Shown here in pieces: positions 27,790-37,830 of a stretch of 64,000 nt of DNA. This DNA comes from Tubiluchus corallicola. Taxonomy: Eukaryota; Animalia; Priapulida. The notes under the pieces were generated by a model that ran no database searches, had not been told where the DNA came from, and worked only from the letters and a program-made list of their open reading frames with translations. The first letter of the stretch is position 1. Every line of letters begins with the position of its first letter. Location of the stretch: contig JAQGDQ010000117.1 of assembly GCA_030141605.1 (NCBI GenBank), positions 248,001-312,000 of the forward strand, given 5' to 3'. The position numbers and the translations under genes were made by a program.

Positions 27790-29250
27790 ATCATAATTAT
27801 TATTAATCATTAATAACAAGAAAAACAAGAATCGTTTTATCCTTTCACATGCATGAACATTGACAGTATTCCTGTGATTCCACTAGATCCACTTCATCAA
27901 TAAATGAGCAAACTCTTCTTAGTTTGCAAGATCAAATTTTACTATACTTTGTGTTCATACTTTCATGTTTCTTATGTATTGACGACTTCTTTTTAATTCT
28001 GCTCTTCACCAATTTGTTTGCGCGTCACCATAATTATTTCAACATATTATACATCTATATCATATTTTCTAGCTATCAGTTCCAAATCATTAACCCATAA
28101 CCGATCCCTGTCATTTCTTAATTGGTATTGTATTACTTTATGTGTTAATCGTTTCTCATCAGGGATAATAAGGTTTCGATAAAACGTAATTTTCATATAA
28201 TCTATTTTTTGCTCTATTTGCCATAATCCAGTTTCCATTATTATTCCCAATAGGGGGTTGTGCTTATTAAATTAAGCGTACTTCTTACTGTTTTACCTCT
28301 GATTTGTTCAAGCTTCTTTACATCACCTAGAGTCATATTTGCCCATGTTTTACAGGAACTAAGTATTGTTGGCAAAGCAAGTGTTTCATATAATTTTAAT
28401 TTTACTTCTCCAGAATATTTACCCATAATTCTTTCTTTAGCTAGATTGTTAATATAAGATGTTACAAATTTACATTTGTTTTGTCTTTCTGCAATTGAAA
28501 TTTCATAGGTGTTTTGACAGTTTATCCAATTTCCAAGATATTTGTATTGCTTTACTTCATTTATGTTTCCGTTCCCCAAGCTTATCTGTAAATGAGGCAA
28601 TGTCATTTTTACCTTTGTCATTTTGGTTCTTCTATAATTTGTTTTTTCTATATTAAATCCCATTCGTTTCTTTCTTTCCAATTGTCTACAGTTTTCAAAT
28701 TGGTCTAGTATTCATTTGTTTCCTATGCCTAATATAACATCTACGTACAGCAGTGACCCTATTTGTATTTCTGTTCCTAATAATGACATTGAATTAGTGA
28801 ATTTGTTGATTTTACTCACCGCTGCGCAGCATAAAATGGGTCCTAATACAGTTCATTGCCTTACTCTTTCCCAAATCTCGATTTTATTTGTATCACTTAC
28901 AGGAGTTTGTATTATAGCCTTAGCCATTTCATTTAATTTATAAATTAACACAACCTCCGCTTCCGAAACACCTAATTTCCATAATCCACACTGCATCTTT
29001 AAGCCATAGTTTATCAAAACATCTTTCAATGTCGCCAAACATCAGATACACTTCGTTATTTAAATGCTTATTATAGTCCAGATCTGCCCTTAATGTAAAT
29101 AGATGGTCGGACGTGCTCCTTTTTCTTACCCCCCCCCCCCCACACACACACACATTGATATACCCTACATTTTGTTCAAATCTTTCTCCGTTATTTATTA
29201 TTTTTCCGAGTACCTTACTAATTGTTTTTGTTATAAAAATTCCTCTTCTA
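27790..29250 (-). pseudogene. Decayed, 5'-truncated non-LTR retrotransposon reverse transcriptase (L2/CR1-group-like)
   Basis: Frameshifted RT motifs: RGIFITKTISKVL, RSTSDHLFTL, MFGDIERCFDKLWLKD, VRQ, LYVDV, FNIEKT, YKYLG, LYETLALPTIL. Confidence 0.85.
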
Positions 29251-29542
29251 GTAGTGCATCATGATAACAAATATGCCAAACACGAGGGCAACTTACGACC
29301 ATATGGTCCTGTAAATGTTGCCCTTTGATTACTCTAATATAAATTTCATAATATATTGTCATTGTAAGGTTATCAGAAATAATGAGAATCTAATGAAGTA
29401 GTGCAGAATTTTTGAACATTTTACCTTCGAATGTAGGGGCGAAGCTTATAGATTTTTGTCAGTGATGCTACTTAATTGTGATGAGCTTCATGTTGTAGAT
29501 TTGGTTAAACACAGTAACTGTTAATATCATGGTGTATGGTCA

Positions 29543-30770
29543 GTAGGGGTGAGCATCGAACGTCCGAGTTTGAACGTTCGAATCGAATTCGATTCGGACC
29601 AGTTTTTTAGTTCGAATTCGATTCGAACCTAAAATTATAAATTTGAATAATTTAGTACTTGACCCACATGCACTTCTTATTATTAAAATGTTTGAAACTA
29701 CTTGTAACAAAGTAACAATGCTAATGAAGATGATTCCCTTTGCTCTAATGAATAAGGTTTGTATAAGTTATTACCACTAATGGTCATTCTCATGTGCTAA
29801 AAGATCAAAATCAGATGCACGATATTTTCCACAAGTTGGAGAGAACATGCCAACCCAGCATGCACACAACATTCTCATCACATTTTAAATGTCTCAACGT
29901 TGTTTGCGAGCACAAGTATTGTTAAATTCAAAAGCTTCTACACCCTCTTAATGTAATGACTGCCAGTTTTTGACTGCCGACTGCTAGAAACTCGAGTTTT
30001 GCTCATGGAATTTAACAATTCCCTAGTGGCAGAATGCCCAGAAGAAAGCTCACCAAGCTGTTGGGGAAGACGATTATCACTAGGACACCCTGATTACATT
30101 ACCCATGTCACGATGCTGATATCTGATTATTATGTGGCTGCCTGTAGCTATTCAGTGGTGTTCTGTCTATCTAGTGGTCTATCATAAAGAAAATCCATTT
30201 GAGCTGTGGAAAAGCAGCATATCATCAGCGTATTGTATATCAAAATTAGTGTAAGTTGCGTATGTTTTATTGTCTTGACTTGTAGTCTAATAAATTAAAA
30301 ATGCTTCCATCTGTTTATGACGTACAACCATGCCACCATCAAGATTCATATGAAATCAAGATATAATAGGACTGCAGTGACAAGATGGAGGTTGCAGAGC
30401 ACTGGAATAGGACATAACCTTGCTTGACACTGATGTGAATTGCAAAAAGCTTAGAACTGAGTCTGGTTGCTGTGTTACGAGTTTATATTAATGCTCAGTG
30501 AACTTGGATGAACAACTGCTTATAACAAGAACGCACCAAAGGATATCCCAATTTACAATATTTTTGACATTGGTACAAAAATTATAATTATATAAATCTT
30601 TGTGTTGGCTTTCTACATTCCTCCTGAAAAGGGGGGGGGCTGCAAAAATGTCAATTATACTTTTATTTTTATTGGAAATAAAGTTATGGAAATAAGAGAG
30701 AGAAATAAATATCCTTATCAACTCAACTCAGTCAATCAATTTTACTTACTCAACATGGTAATTCGATATC
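29543..30770 (-). mobile_element. Decayed hAT-like transposon remnant
   Basis: The terminus TAGGGGTGAGCATCGAA is followed by TTCGAA/ATTCGA subterminal repeats (29543-29630). Faint transposase-like text (..LACSLQLV..) on the minus strand. The second TIR was not found, so the right boundary is uncertain. Confidence 0.4.
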
Positions 30771-31292
30771 AGTAGGAATTTCAATACACTACAGAGAAGG
30801 AAAGGCAACAGACTTGTTAGCAACATTACTTTATCATTATTGTCAATGTAATCATTGTAAACAGTTTTCAGTGACTCCAGATTGCAATTTTTGCTAAAAA
30901 AAGCCCGTAGGTACATGATATAATAATAACTTATTCATATAATTATCGTAAACTTCGCACAGTATGCTGGACTGGTATAGGGGGATCACATAGAAATATA
31001 ATTACCTATGGGCAACAGTATTCCCCCGCAAGCGTTAGATGGACGGCATGGTTCAAACAAAGTATACACAATAAAGTAGGGAAATCCTTCTGCGCAGTAG
31101 TTCGCGCAGTTAGTGTCGCCCTAGCGGCTATTCAGTGCGGCCTGTTGTTGTCAGGTACGCAACAGCGCAGGCTGTGGGTACTATATTGGTAGGCCGTCGT
31201 CAAACGACGGATCCGGCCCCACAGACAGACACAAAATACAGAGAGATATTACAGTAGGAAATAAAATAAGTGAGTCATGAAAGTCCGTCGAG

Positions 31293-34200
31293 TCACTGCA
31301 CATTATTCTTACGCCGACGCCTCTTTTCTTTGAGATCTTCTATTCGTAGATGCTCAAAGTTGATCACTGCTCTCTTGCAGAGCGCTCTCCACTGAGTTCT
31401 GTCACTCGCCAGGGTCTCGAAGTTTTCTGGTTGGATGTTGCATTGATTCAGGGTATCCTTCAGCTGGTCTTTGTAATGCTTAAAGGGCCTTCCGACCCTC
31501 CTTGCCCCTACTGCCAACTCACCAAACAGGAGAGTCCGAGGAATACGGTCCTCACCCATCCGGGACACATGACCAGACCAGCGGAGCCGTGCCGCAAATA
31601 TGTGGGATTCAATGCCCCAGGCATTACAGCGACCCAAGACTTCAGTGTTAGGCACTCTGTCCTGCCAGCGAATGCCAGCTATCCGACGTAAACAGCGCAT
31701 ATGGAAACTGTCAAGCTTCTTGACCTGTTTGCGGTACAGTGTCCAGGTTTCGCAGTTGTAAAGTAGCACCGGTAGAATGGCTGCCTTGTAAACTGCCATC
31801 TTCGTTGCTAGGCGGACATCCCGGGTATTCCACAGTCTTCCTGACAGGCCCCCGAAGGTTGCTGCAGCCTTGCCAATTCTGGTGGTTATATCACAATCAC
31901 TAGAGCAATCATTTGTCACTGTGCCTCCCAGGTAACTGAACCGATCCACGACCTTTAGAGTTTCATCTCCGATCGTTATAGCAGGTGCTGTAGGAGTTGT
32001 ACCAGGTCTAGGCTGCACTAAAACTTCTGTCTTCTTCACAGACACAGTCAGACCGAAACGGGTGGCTGATAAAGCGAAGTTGTCCATCAAAAATTGTGCA
32101 TCCTCCATGGAATGACTGGCAAGTGCACAGTCATCAGCATACAGCAGTTCTCTTATCAAGGTGTAACACACCATCGTTCGCGCCTTGAAGCGGCGCAGGT
32201 TGAATACGCCGCCATCGTAACGAAACCTGACCTCGACACCCCGATAGCACTCGTTGTAGGCATCGCGTATTACTGCAGCAATGACTATTCCAAAAAGCAG
32301 TGGGGCTAGTACACATCCCTGCTTAACACCGTTGTTGACTGCAAACGGAGAGGATTCCTGGTGCCCATCCACAATACGAGCCTGCATGCCATCGTGAAAA
32401 GAGCGTATTATGTTGACAATTTTTGAGGGACATCCTGTCCGACACAGAAGTCTCCAAAGTCCCTCCCTGCTGACTGAATCAAACGCTTTTGTTAAATCCA
32501 CGAATATCAAGTAGAGGTCCCGATGTTGCTCCCTACACTTTTCTTGCAACTGCCGCACAGCGAAGATCATGTCAACAGTACCACGGTTTGCCCTGTATCC
32601 ACACTGGCTTTCTGGGTGGAATTGCTCAGCGAGAGAACTAATGCGCCGTATAATTACTTGAGCCAGAATCTTTCCAGCAATACTCAACAGCGATATTCCC
32701 CTGTGGTTGTTGCAATCTGCGCGATCGCCTTTCCGCTTGTATAGATGGATGATCGTAGCATCTTTGAAGTCCTGCGGCACAGTCTCAGCCTCCCAAATGG
32801 TATTGAAAAGCTTGAAAAGCCTTTCGACAAGAAGCGGACCACCATACTTGAAGATTTCAGGGCTAATGCCATCTGCACCAGGGGCTTTTCCACATTTCAT
32901 AGCCTTGATCGCAGCTTTCACCTCTTCCAACTGAATCGGCACAGCCAGTTCCTCCATTGTTGGTTGTTGCGGCACGTTAATGATGACATCATCGTCGATG
33001 ATAGAAGGATGTTTCCAAATCTGCTCGAAATGTTCAGCCCATCTCTGGACAATAGCAGTTGGTTCCGTGAAAAGCGTGTTACCATCTGTTGACAAAACAG
33101 CCATGGATCCATTGAAACTAGGACCATGTGCAGTCTTCAGCTCTTGATAGAAGGCACGAGTATCATGCCGGTCGGCAGCATCCTGAAGTCTTATGGCTCG
33201 ATCGACCCACCAAGCATCTTTCATTTTTCTAATCCTCGCCTGTGCAACAGACCTCGCTTGATGGTAGCTGTCTTTCTTTGCTTGGCAATTCTTATCATTC
33301 ACCCAGTCCAGATGTTTCTCGTGCAGATTGGATAGTATGCCATGAATCTCCTGATCGTTGTGGTCAAACCAGTCGTTTTTGTCCCTACGACGTTTCCCAA
33401 GTGCTGCTGCAGCACTTTCATATGTAGTGGTTTTCAAAAGTTCCCACTCTTCCTCTACATTGCCTGCTATGGTGTCCAGCATCTCACTCTGTGCTTGGAA
33501 TTGCGTGGATATCTTCTGCTCCAACAACATACGATGTGCGGGCAGCTTCAGCTTCGATAAGTTAAGTCGTGGTGCTCTTGCAGACTTTGCGCGAACCTTT
33601 GGGGGAACTTGTAGGGCTGTCTTCACCTTGACCAGCCGGTGGTCAGACCAGGCAGTGGTGCAACGAACCGCTCTAGTGAGGTGCACATCACGTCGGTCCC
33701 TCTGCCGCACAATCACATAGTCCAAAACATGCCAATGTTTTGATCTGGCATGCATCCAGGTTGTTTTGAAGGCATCCTTCTGCTGAAACAATGTGTTTGT
33801 GATCACAAGCCTGTGGGCAGCACAGAGACTCAGGAGCAATGTGCCATTCGAATTTTCAGCGCCGATGCCATGATGGCCAATCACATTCTCCCAGGCAGCA
33901 GAGTTTCGTCCTACGCGTGCGTTAAAGTCCCCCAGAAGAAGGATCTTGTCACCTGAGGGGATGGTTGTGATGGTCCTGGACAGCAGATCATAGAATTCCT
34001 CTTTAGCCACATCCGGGTAAGACATCGTCGGGGCATATACACTGAGTAACGTTGCAAAATGACCATTTGAGAGCCGGACTCGCATTGTCATAAGCCTTTC
34101 AGTGATACCTTTTGGAAGACTGACCAGGTGTTGCATAAGCTTTGTTCGCACAGCAAAGCCGACTCCTGCTTGACGTGGTTGCTCCTGTGGCCTTCCAATC

Positions 34201-34472
34201 CAAAAGAAGGTGTAACCTGCCCCATCTTCTGACAGTTGGGACTCTTCCTCAAGACGCGTTTCACTGAGCGCTGCAAAGTCCACACCTTGTTCATTGAGAA
34301 CCCTAGCCACGATTGCCGTTCTTCTCTCAATAGACTGTTCACTATCGATCAGTGTACGGACATTCCATGCTCCAAAAGTGTAACAGTATTTTCGTGTTTT
34401 TCGACCGCAAGATTTGAGTAACCAGCTGACAGCGGCTTGCCAGCAGGTTGAAGAGGGACAAGCTTCTTTAGG
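31293..34472 (-). CDS. RTE APE endonuclease-reverse transcriptase, intact (1059 sense codons; start codon undetermined)
   Basis: The frame is open from just after the TGA at 34475-34473. APE motifs: GAWNVRTL, ALSETR, VYAPT, GDFNARVG, LDYV, WSDH. RT motifs: KAPGADG, RGISLL, QCGYR, FVDLTKAFD, GVKQG, LLYADD, FSYLG. Confidence 0.95.
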   Translation of the reverse strand, partial: PKEACPSSTCWQAAVSWLLKSCGRKTRKYCYTFGAWNVRTLIDSEQSIERRTAIVARVLNEQGVDFAALSETRLEEESQLSEDGAGYTFFWIGRPQEQPRQAGVGFAVRTKLMQHLVSLPKGITERLMTMRVRLSNGHFATLLSVYAPTMSYPDVAKEEFYDLLSRTITTIPSGDKILLLGDFNARVGRNSAAWENVIGHHGIGAENSNGTLLLSLCAAHRLVITNTLFQQKDAFKTTWMHARSKHWHVLDYVIVRQRDRRDVHLTRAVRCTTAWSDHRLVKVKTALQVPPKVRAKSARAPRLNLSKLKLPAHRMLLEQKISTQFQAQSEMLDTIAGNVEEEWELLKTTTYESAAAALGKRRRDKNDWFDHNDQEIHGILSNLHEKHLDWVNDKNCQAKKDSYHQARSVAQARIRKMKDAWWVDRAIRLQDAADRHDTRAFYQELKTAHGPSFNGSMAVLSTDGNTLFTEPTAIVQRWAEHFEQIWKHPSIIDDDVIINVPQQPTMEELAVPIQLEEVKAAIKAMKCGKAPGADGISPEIFKYGGPLLVERLFKLFNTIWEAETVPQDFKDATIIHLYKRKGDRADCNNHRGISLLSIAGKILAQVIIRRISSLAEQFHPESQCGYRANRGTVDMIFAVRQLQEKCREQHRDLYLIFVDLTKAFDSVSREGLWRLLCRTGCPSKIVNIIRSFHDGMQARIVDGHQESSPFAVNNGVKQGCVLAPLLFGIVIAAVIRDAYNECYRGVEVRFRYDGGVFNLRRFKARTMVCYTLIRELLYADDCALASHSMEDAQFLMDNFALSATRFGLTVSVKKTEVLVQPRPGTTPTAPAITIGDETLKVVDRFSYLGGTVTNDCSSDCDITTRIGKAAATFGGLSGRLWNTRDVRLATKMAVYKAAILPVLLYNCETWTLYRKQVKKLDSFHMRCLRRIAGIRWQDRVPNTEVLGRCNAWGIESHIFAARLRWSGHVSRMGEDRIPRTLLFGELAVGARRVGRPFKHYKDQLKDTLNQCNIQPENFETLASDRTQWRALCKRAVINFEHLRIEDLKEKRRRRKNNVQ

Positions 34473-34900
34473 TCACCTTTTCCAGACCCTTCCCCGAATT
34501 GGGGGGAGCTGGCTCTCCGTGAAAACGGCAGCTCCGACGCTCCAGCAGGACCGAACACTGCAGTTGTCCCGGGTCTACAGTGAACGACCATCACACTGGT
34601 GCCGCCTACGTGTAAGTTTGCTGCTAAGGGCTCCCAGCAATACTCTTTGCCTGCCCCCACCGCCGCACACTCATCGCCGCAGGACTGGAAGTTTTTGATT
34701 GGTTGACTGTGGGACAACCTGCACAGATATGAGAAAGGTGGGTTTGTGCAGCGCCCACCCCACTCTCTCCTTCCGGCACGACATAATAGGCAGGTCCCAA
34801 ATTGAGCACATGTCCATCACGAACCGGAGCGCAGCTGGCCAGCCTGAGGAACTCGATGAAAGTGAGAACCAGCCTGGATTGCCGGTTGCCAGCAGTGGCC

Positions 34901-35090
34901 GGGGATTTGGAATCAGAGTTACCTTCTCTTAGGTGGGCTTGTCTAAAGAGACTAAGCGGGCTCCACCTACCCCGGTTTGAAATCAGAGTCGCCTTCTCCT
35001 AGCCTTTGTCTGAGGAGACTTACCCTGCAAGGCAGCAGGGGGATTTGAAATCAGAGTTGCCTTCTCCTAGCCTTTGTCTAAAGAGACTTC
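34901..35090 (-). repeat. Three ~68-bp direct repeats in the RTE 5' UTR
   Basis: AGTCTC(T/C)T(T/C)AGACAA...CTA(G/A)GAGAAGG(C/T)(A/G)ACTCTGATT(T/C)CAAA at ~34901-34953, ~34971-35021 and ~35038-35089. Confidence 0.9.
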
Positions 35091-35143
35091 ACCCACAAGG
35101 CAGTGGGGCACCCAGATATACCACCGAGCATTTGGTCCCAGAG

Positions 35144-35258
35144 CCTACATTAGTGATACTAAGCCCCCTTGCCACGACAAGGCTGCAGGTTGGGTTTCAC
35201 CATCATGGGGCAGCAGGACCTTATTGGCATTTCCTGTACCCTCAGGATCTCAAGGGAG
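35144..35258 (-). ncRNA. Candidate HDV-like self-cleaving ribozyme (non-canonical) at the RTE 5' end
   Basis: Hand-folded, in HDV order: P1 CUCCCUU/AAGGGGG, P2 CCUGCA/UGUAGG, P3 GCC/GGC, L3 UUGUCGU, J4/2 CUAA. The +1 pair and P1.1 deviate from consensus. Confidence 0.45.
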
Positions 35259-36249
35259 TATGTCAAATAGGCTGTGGGTACTGTAGCAGATGAATTGATG
35301 AGACCATCAAAACCAGCCCGGTTAACAGGCGCTCATAAATTGCTCAGCAGTGAGTTGCAAAAACACAAAAAGACATCTTTTTAAATTTCGCAAGGATGCA
35401 GCCAGGTAATTATAATAAAATGTTAATTATAACACAGTTTTGAAACTTTTGTCACTAGTTAAATATTTTGTACGCTAAGCAAAGACTGCAAGGCCTACAT
35501 CTCTCTTTGACGATTTATAGCAGCTGTTATCTTTTTGAATATTATTTAAAGTAAGCATAAGGCGTTAAGAATAATTTGTAGTTAAAATAAAAATTATTAT
35601 AATCATATCTCATAATAATTAATAGGCTTATTTACAAAAGAAGTTAAGAAAGTTGATCAAAAGAAAGAATACCTGGCTCATGTAGTATTCGATTTCTGGA
35701 GAAATATTTTTTCTAAAAAACATTTCTATTTCATATGTTCTTATCAGGAAATATAACTTGAAGATATATTAGGCCTGACTTTCATGTGTAATACCTTTCA
35801 TAGAAAAAAAATCGATTTTTTCAGAAGAGCAAATAATTTTCCAGAACATAACTTAATCTAAACATCTGCATGTTTTGTTAATTCCAAGTTAAAAAATGTT
35901 TAAAAGACATATAATCATACATTGGCCTTTGTTATGAGTTGGAGTTAGTTATAAAATTACGTTGAACAAGCAGATATGTATTTACGACATTACTCCTCTT
36001 TTTTATTATCAGTGAACAAAAAATAACTGAAGGAAACATCAGAGCTGTCATCCTAAGCAGCCGACATAACTTCCACCTCTATAACAACCAACTAACTATG
36101 TCAAAACCTAGTTAAAGAATTCAGGCGAGAAGCATAAATTAGAATCTGCACGCGTGTCATAATACCTTATAATATCATGTGCAGACATTACTTATATTTG
36201 GCCTAATTTTTTAAGATTCAGTTAGGCTTACATCAAAATAAATGTTCAT

Positions 36250-36995
36250 TAAATACAGTTTGCTTACGTGTAAAAAATGTACTTGTATAATGTTCTTTTG
36301 TTTTGTTTATTAATTAGACTCTTTAGTATTATTTTAATGCATGTACTTTGCAGCTTGATTCAGTTCCCTATTTGAAAGTTTGTTTAAATTTCTGTTTGGC
36401 TAGCTTGCTTTTCATTTTATTTAGTTTGTTTTTTATTATTTTTATTTAGTATTATTGTTATTATTTTGCATGTTTTTCTCATATTGAGTTATGCATGGAC
36501 AATATGACAGCTTGAATTTGGTCATTTTTTGCACTAATGTTTTTCTTTTGCTAATAGGTACCATTACGACCTTTGTTACTTTATTAGTAAGGTATAAATC
36601 AATTTAAATGAAATTATTCATTCATCGCCGCCTATATCAAAATCGTAATTACATATTAAGTTTTCCTCATGTTTCCTTGCTGTTCATTACATCTTTTACT
36701 TTATTTCAAAATTATTTCAATATTTATATCAAAATCGTAATTCCATATTGTGTTTTTCTTATGTTTCCTTGCTATTATTACATCATTTACTTTATTACAT
36801 CAATTTCATTGAGTCATCTACAAAAGCACGCATATCTTTAATAATTTTTTCATTTTCATTTAAGTAAGGTGAGTGTGTTAATGACCGTATGGTCGTACAC
36901 TCACCTCACACTACTCAAATTATTTTATTTATTGTTTATTTATGTGTACAATATTGTATTTTGATGTGTGAAATAAAATTCATAGTTCATAGTTC
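36250..36995 (+). mobile_element. 3' UTR/terminus of a LINE (L2/CR1-like)
   Basis: T-rich tract with an internal duplication (36633-36693 and 36725-36785), a terminal hairpin aggtgagtgt...acactcacct (36867-36906), AATAAA, and a (TTCATAG)2 tail. Confidence 0.45.
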
Positions 36996-37009
36996 CGTCT
37001 TTCTTTTAA

Positions 37010-37063
37010 CTCTCTCTCTCTCTCTCTCTCCCCCTCTTTCTCTCTAAGAGAGGGGGGGAGAGA
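37010..37063. repeat. (CT)n/(GA)n microsatellite, self-complementary
   Basis: Direct inspection of the sequence. Confidence 0.8.
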
Positions 37064-37830
37064 AAAATCAATAAATCAATGAAAAATGCATTACTTCTTT
37101 ACATAGCAGGCAGCCCATCACGCAGTCAGCTAGCCTCTTTCCTCAGGAAAAACAATAAAATTTTACTTACAAGAAAAGTGAACAGGCATTTGCAAGTACA
37201 TATTACAAACTTATTGCTACAATTTTTTTCCTTTTCATGAAATGTTTTCAGTTTTTTAAACTAATAATTGCTTTTAATTGAGATATACTTCTTTTATTAA
37301 AAACGCAAAAGTGATTTTGGCTTATCAAAATTGCACGTATGCCAACACTACTGGTGAACTTAATAATATTATTATTACAGTCAATGCGGCGCTCCAAATT
37401 TTTCACTGAATGGCCGTTTGATCCCGCCAGCATAGCCGCTAATCGCAAAAAGGAAATACGTAACATTAGGCGGCTTTCGTCACTTCCACTTTATACACTT
37501 TGGTTCAAATAAAAATCCAGCAACAATATTTGAAAGATCTTTGCGATTGCTAGATTTAGAAATAAGAAACGGCTCTACAAGAGAAGAAGTTAAAAAATGA
37601 GACCTTTCCAGTTATATAGTGGTTAATTGGAATATGCTGAAGGTGAACAGAAATTCATTTGCTCCGAAAACATTTTCTGTTACTATGATTTTAGTATCAG
37701 TATGCCATATCTTAACATTTGCCTATGAAAATAACTTTACACAGCCTATTTATTATGATTTTTTTCGGTTTATGTAGTGTTTAACGTGTATAGCTTTGCT
37801 AATGTACATTGTATGTATTTGTGCAAGTAA

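Larger units (their letters stand above)
31183..35268 (-). mobile_element. Full-length RTE-clade LINE (~4.1 kb) with 14-bp TSD
   Basis: AGGCTGTGGGTACT flanks both ends (31169-31182 and 35269-35282). 3' stem-loop CCGTCGT-TTG-ACGACGG. RTE-type 5' motif GCCTTGTCGTGGCAAGGGGGCTT. GC content is clearly higher than the flanks. Confidence 0.95.

Noticed and set aside
31350-34421. Multiple overlapping short ORFs within the RTE
   Set aside because: Expected antisense or alternate-frame by-products of a GC-rich coding sequence.
34901-35090. CRISPR-like repeat-spacer appearance
   Set aside because: Only three degenerate units with short related linkers, inside a eukaryotic LINE 5' UTR, and no cas genes.
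35295-35315. Hammerhead-like TTGATGAGACCATCAAAAC
   Set aside because: Both catalytic boxes are mismatched (CUGAUGA and GAAA are required) and there are no convincing stems I/III.
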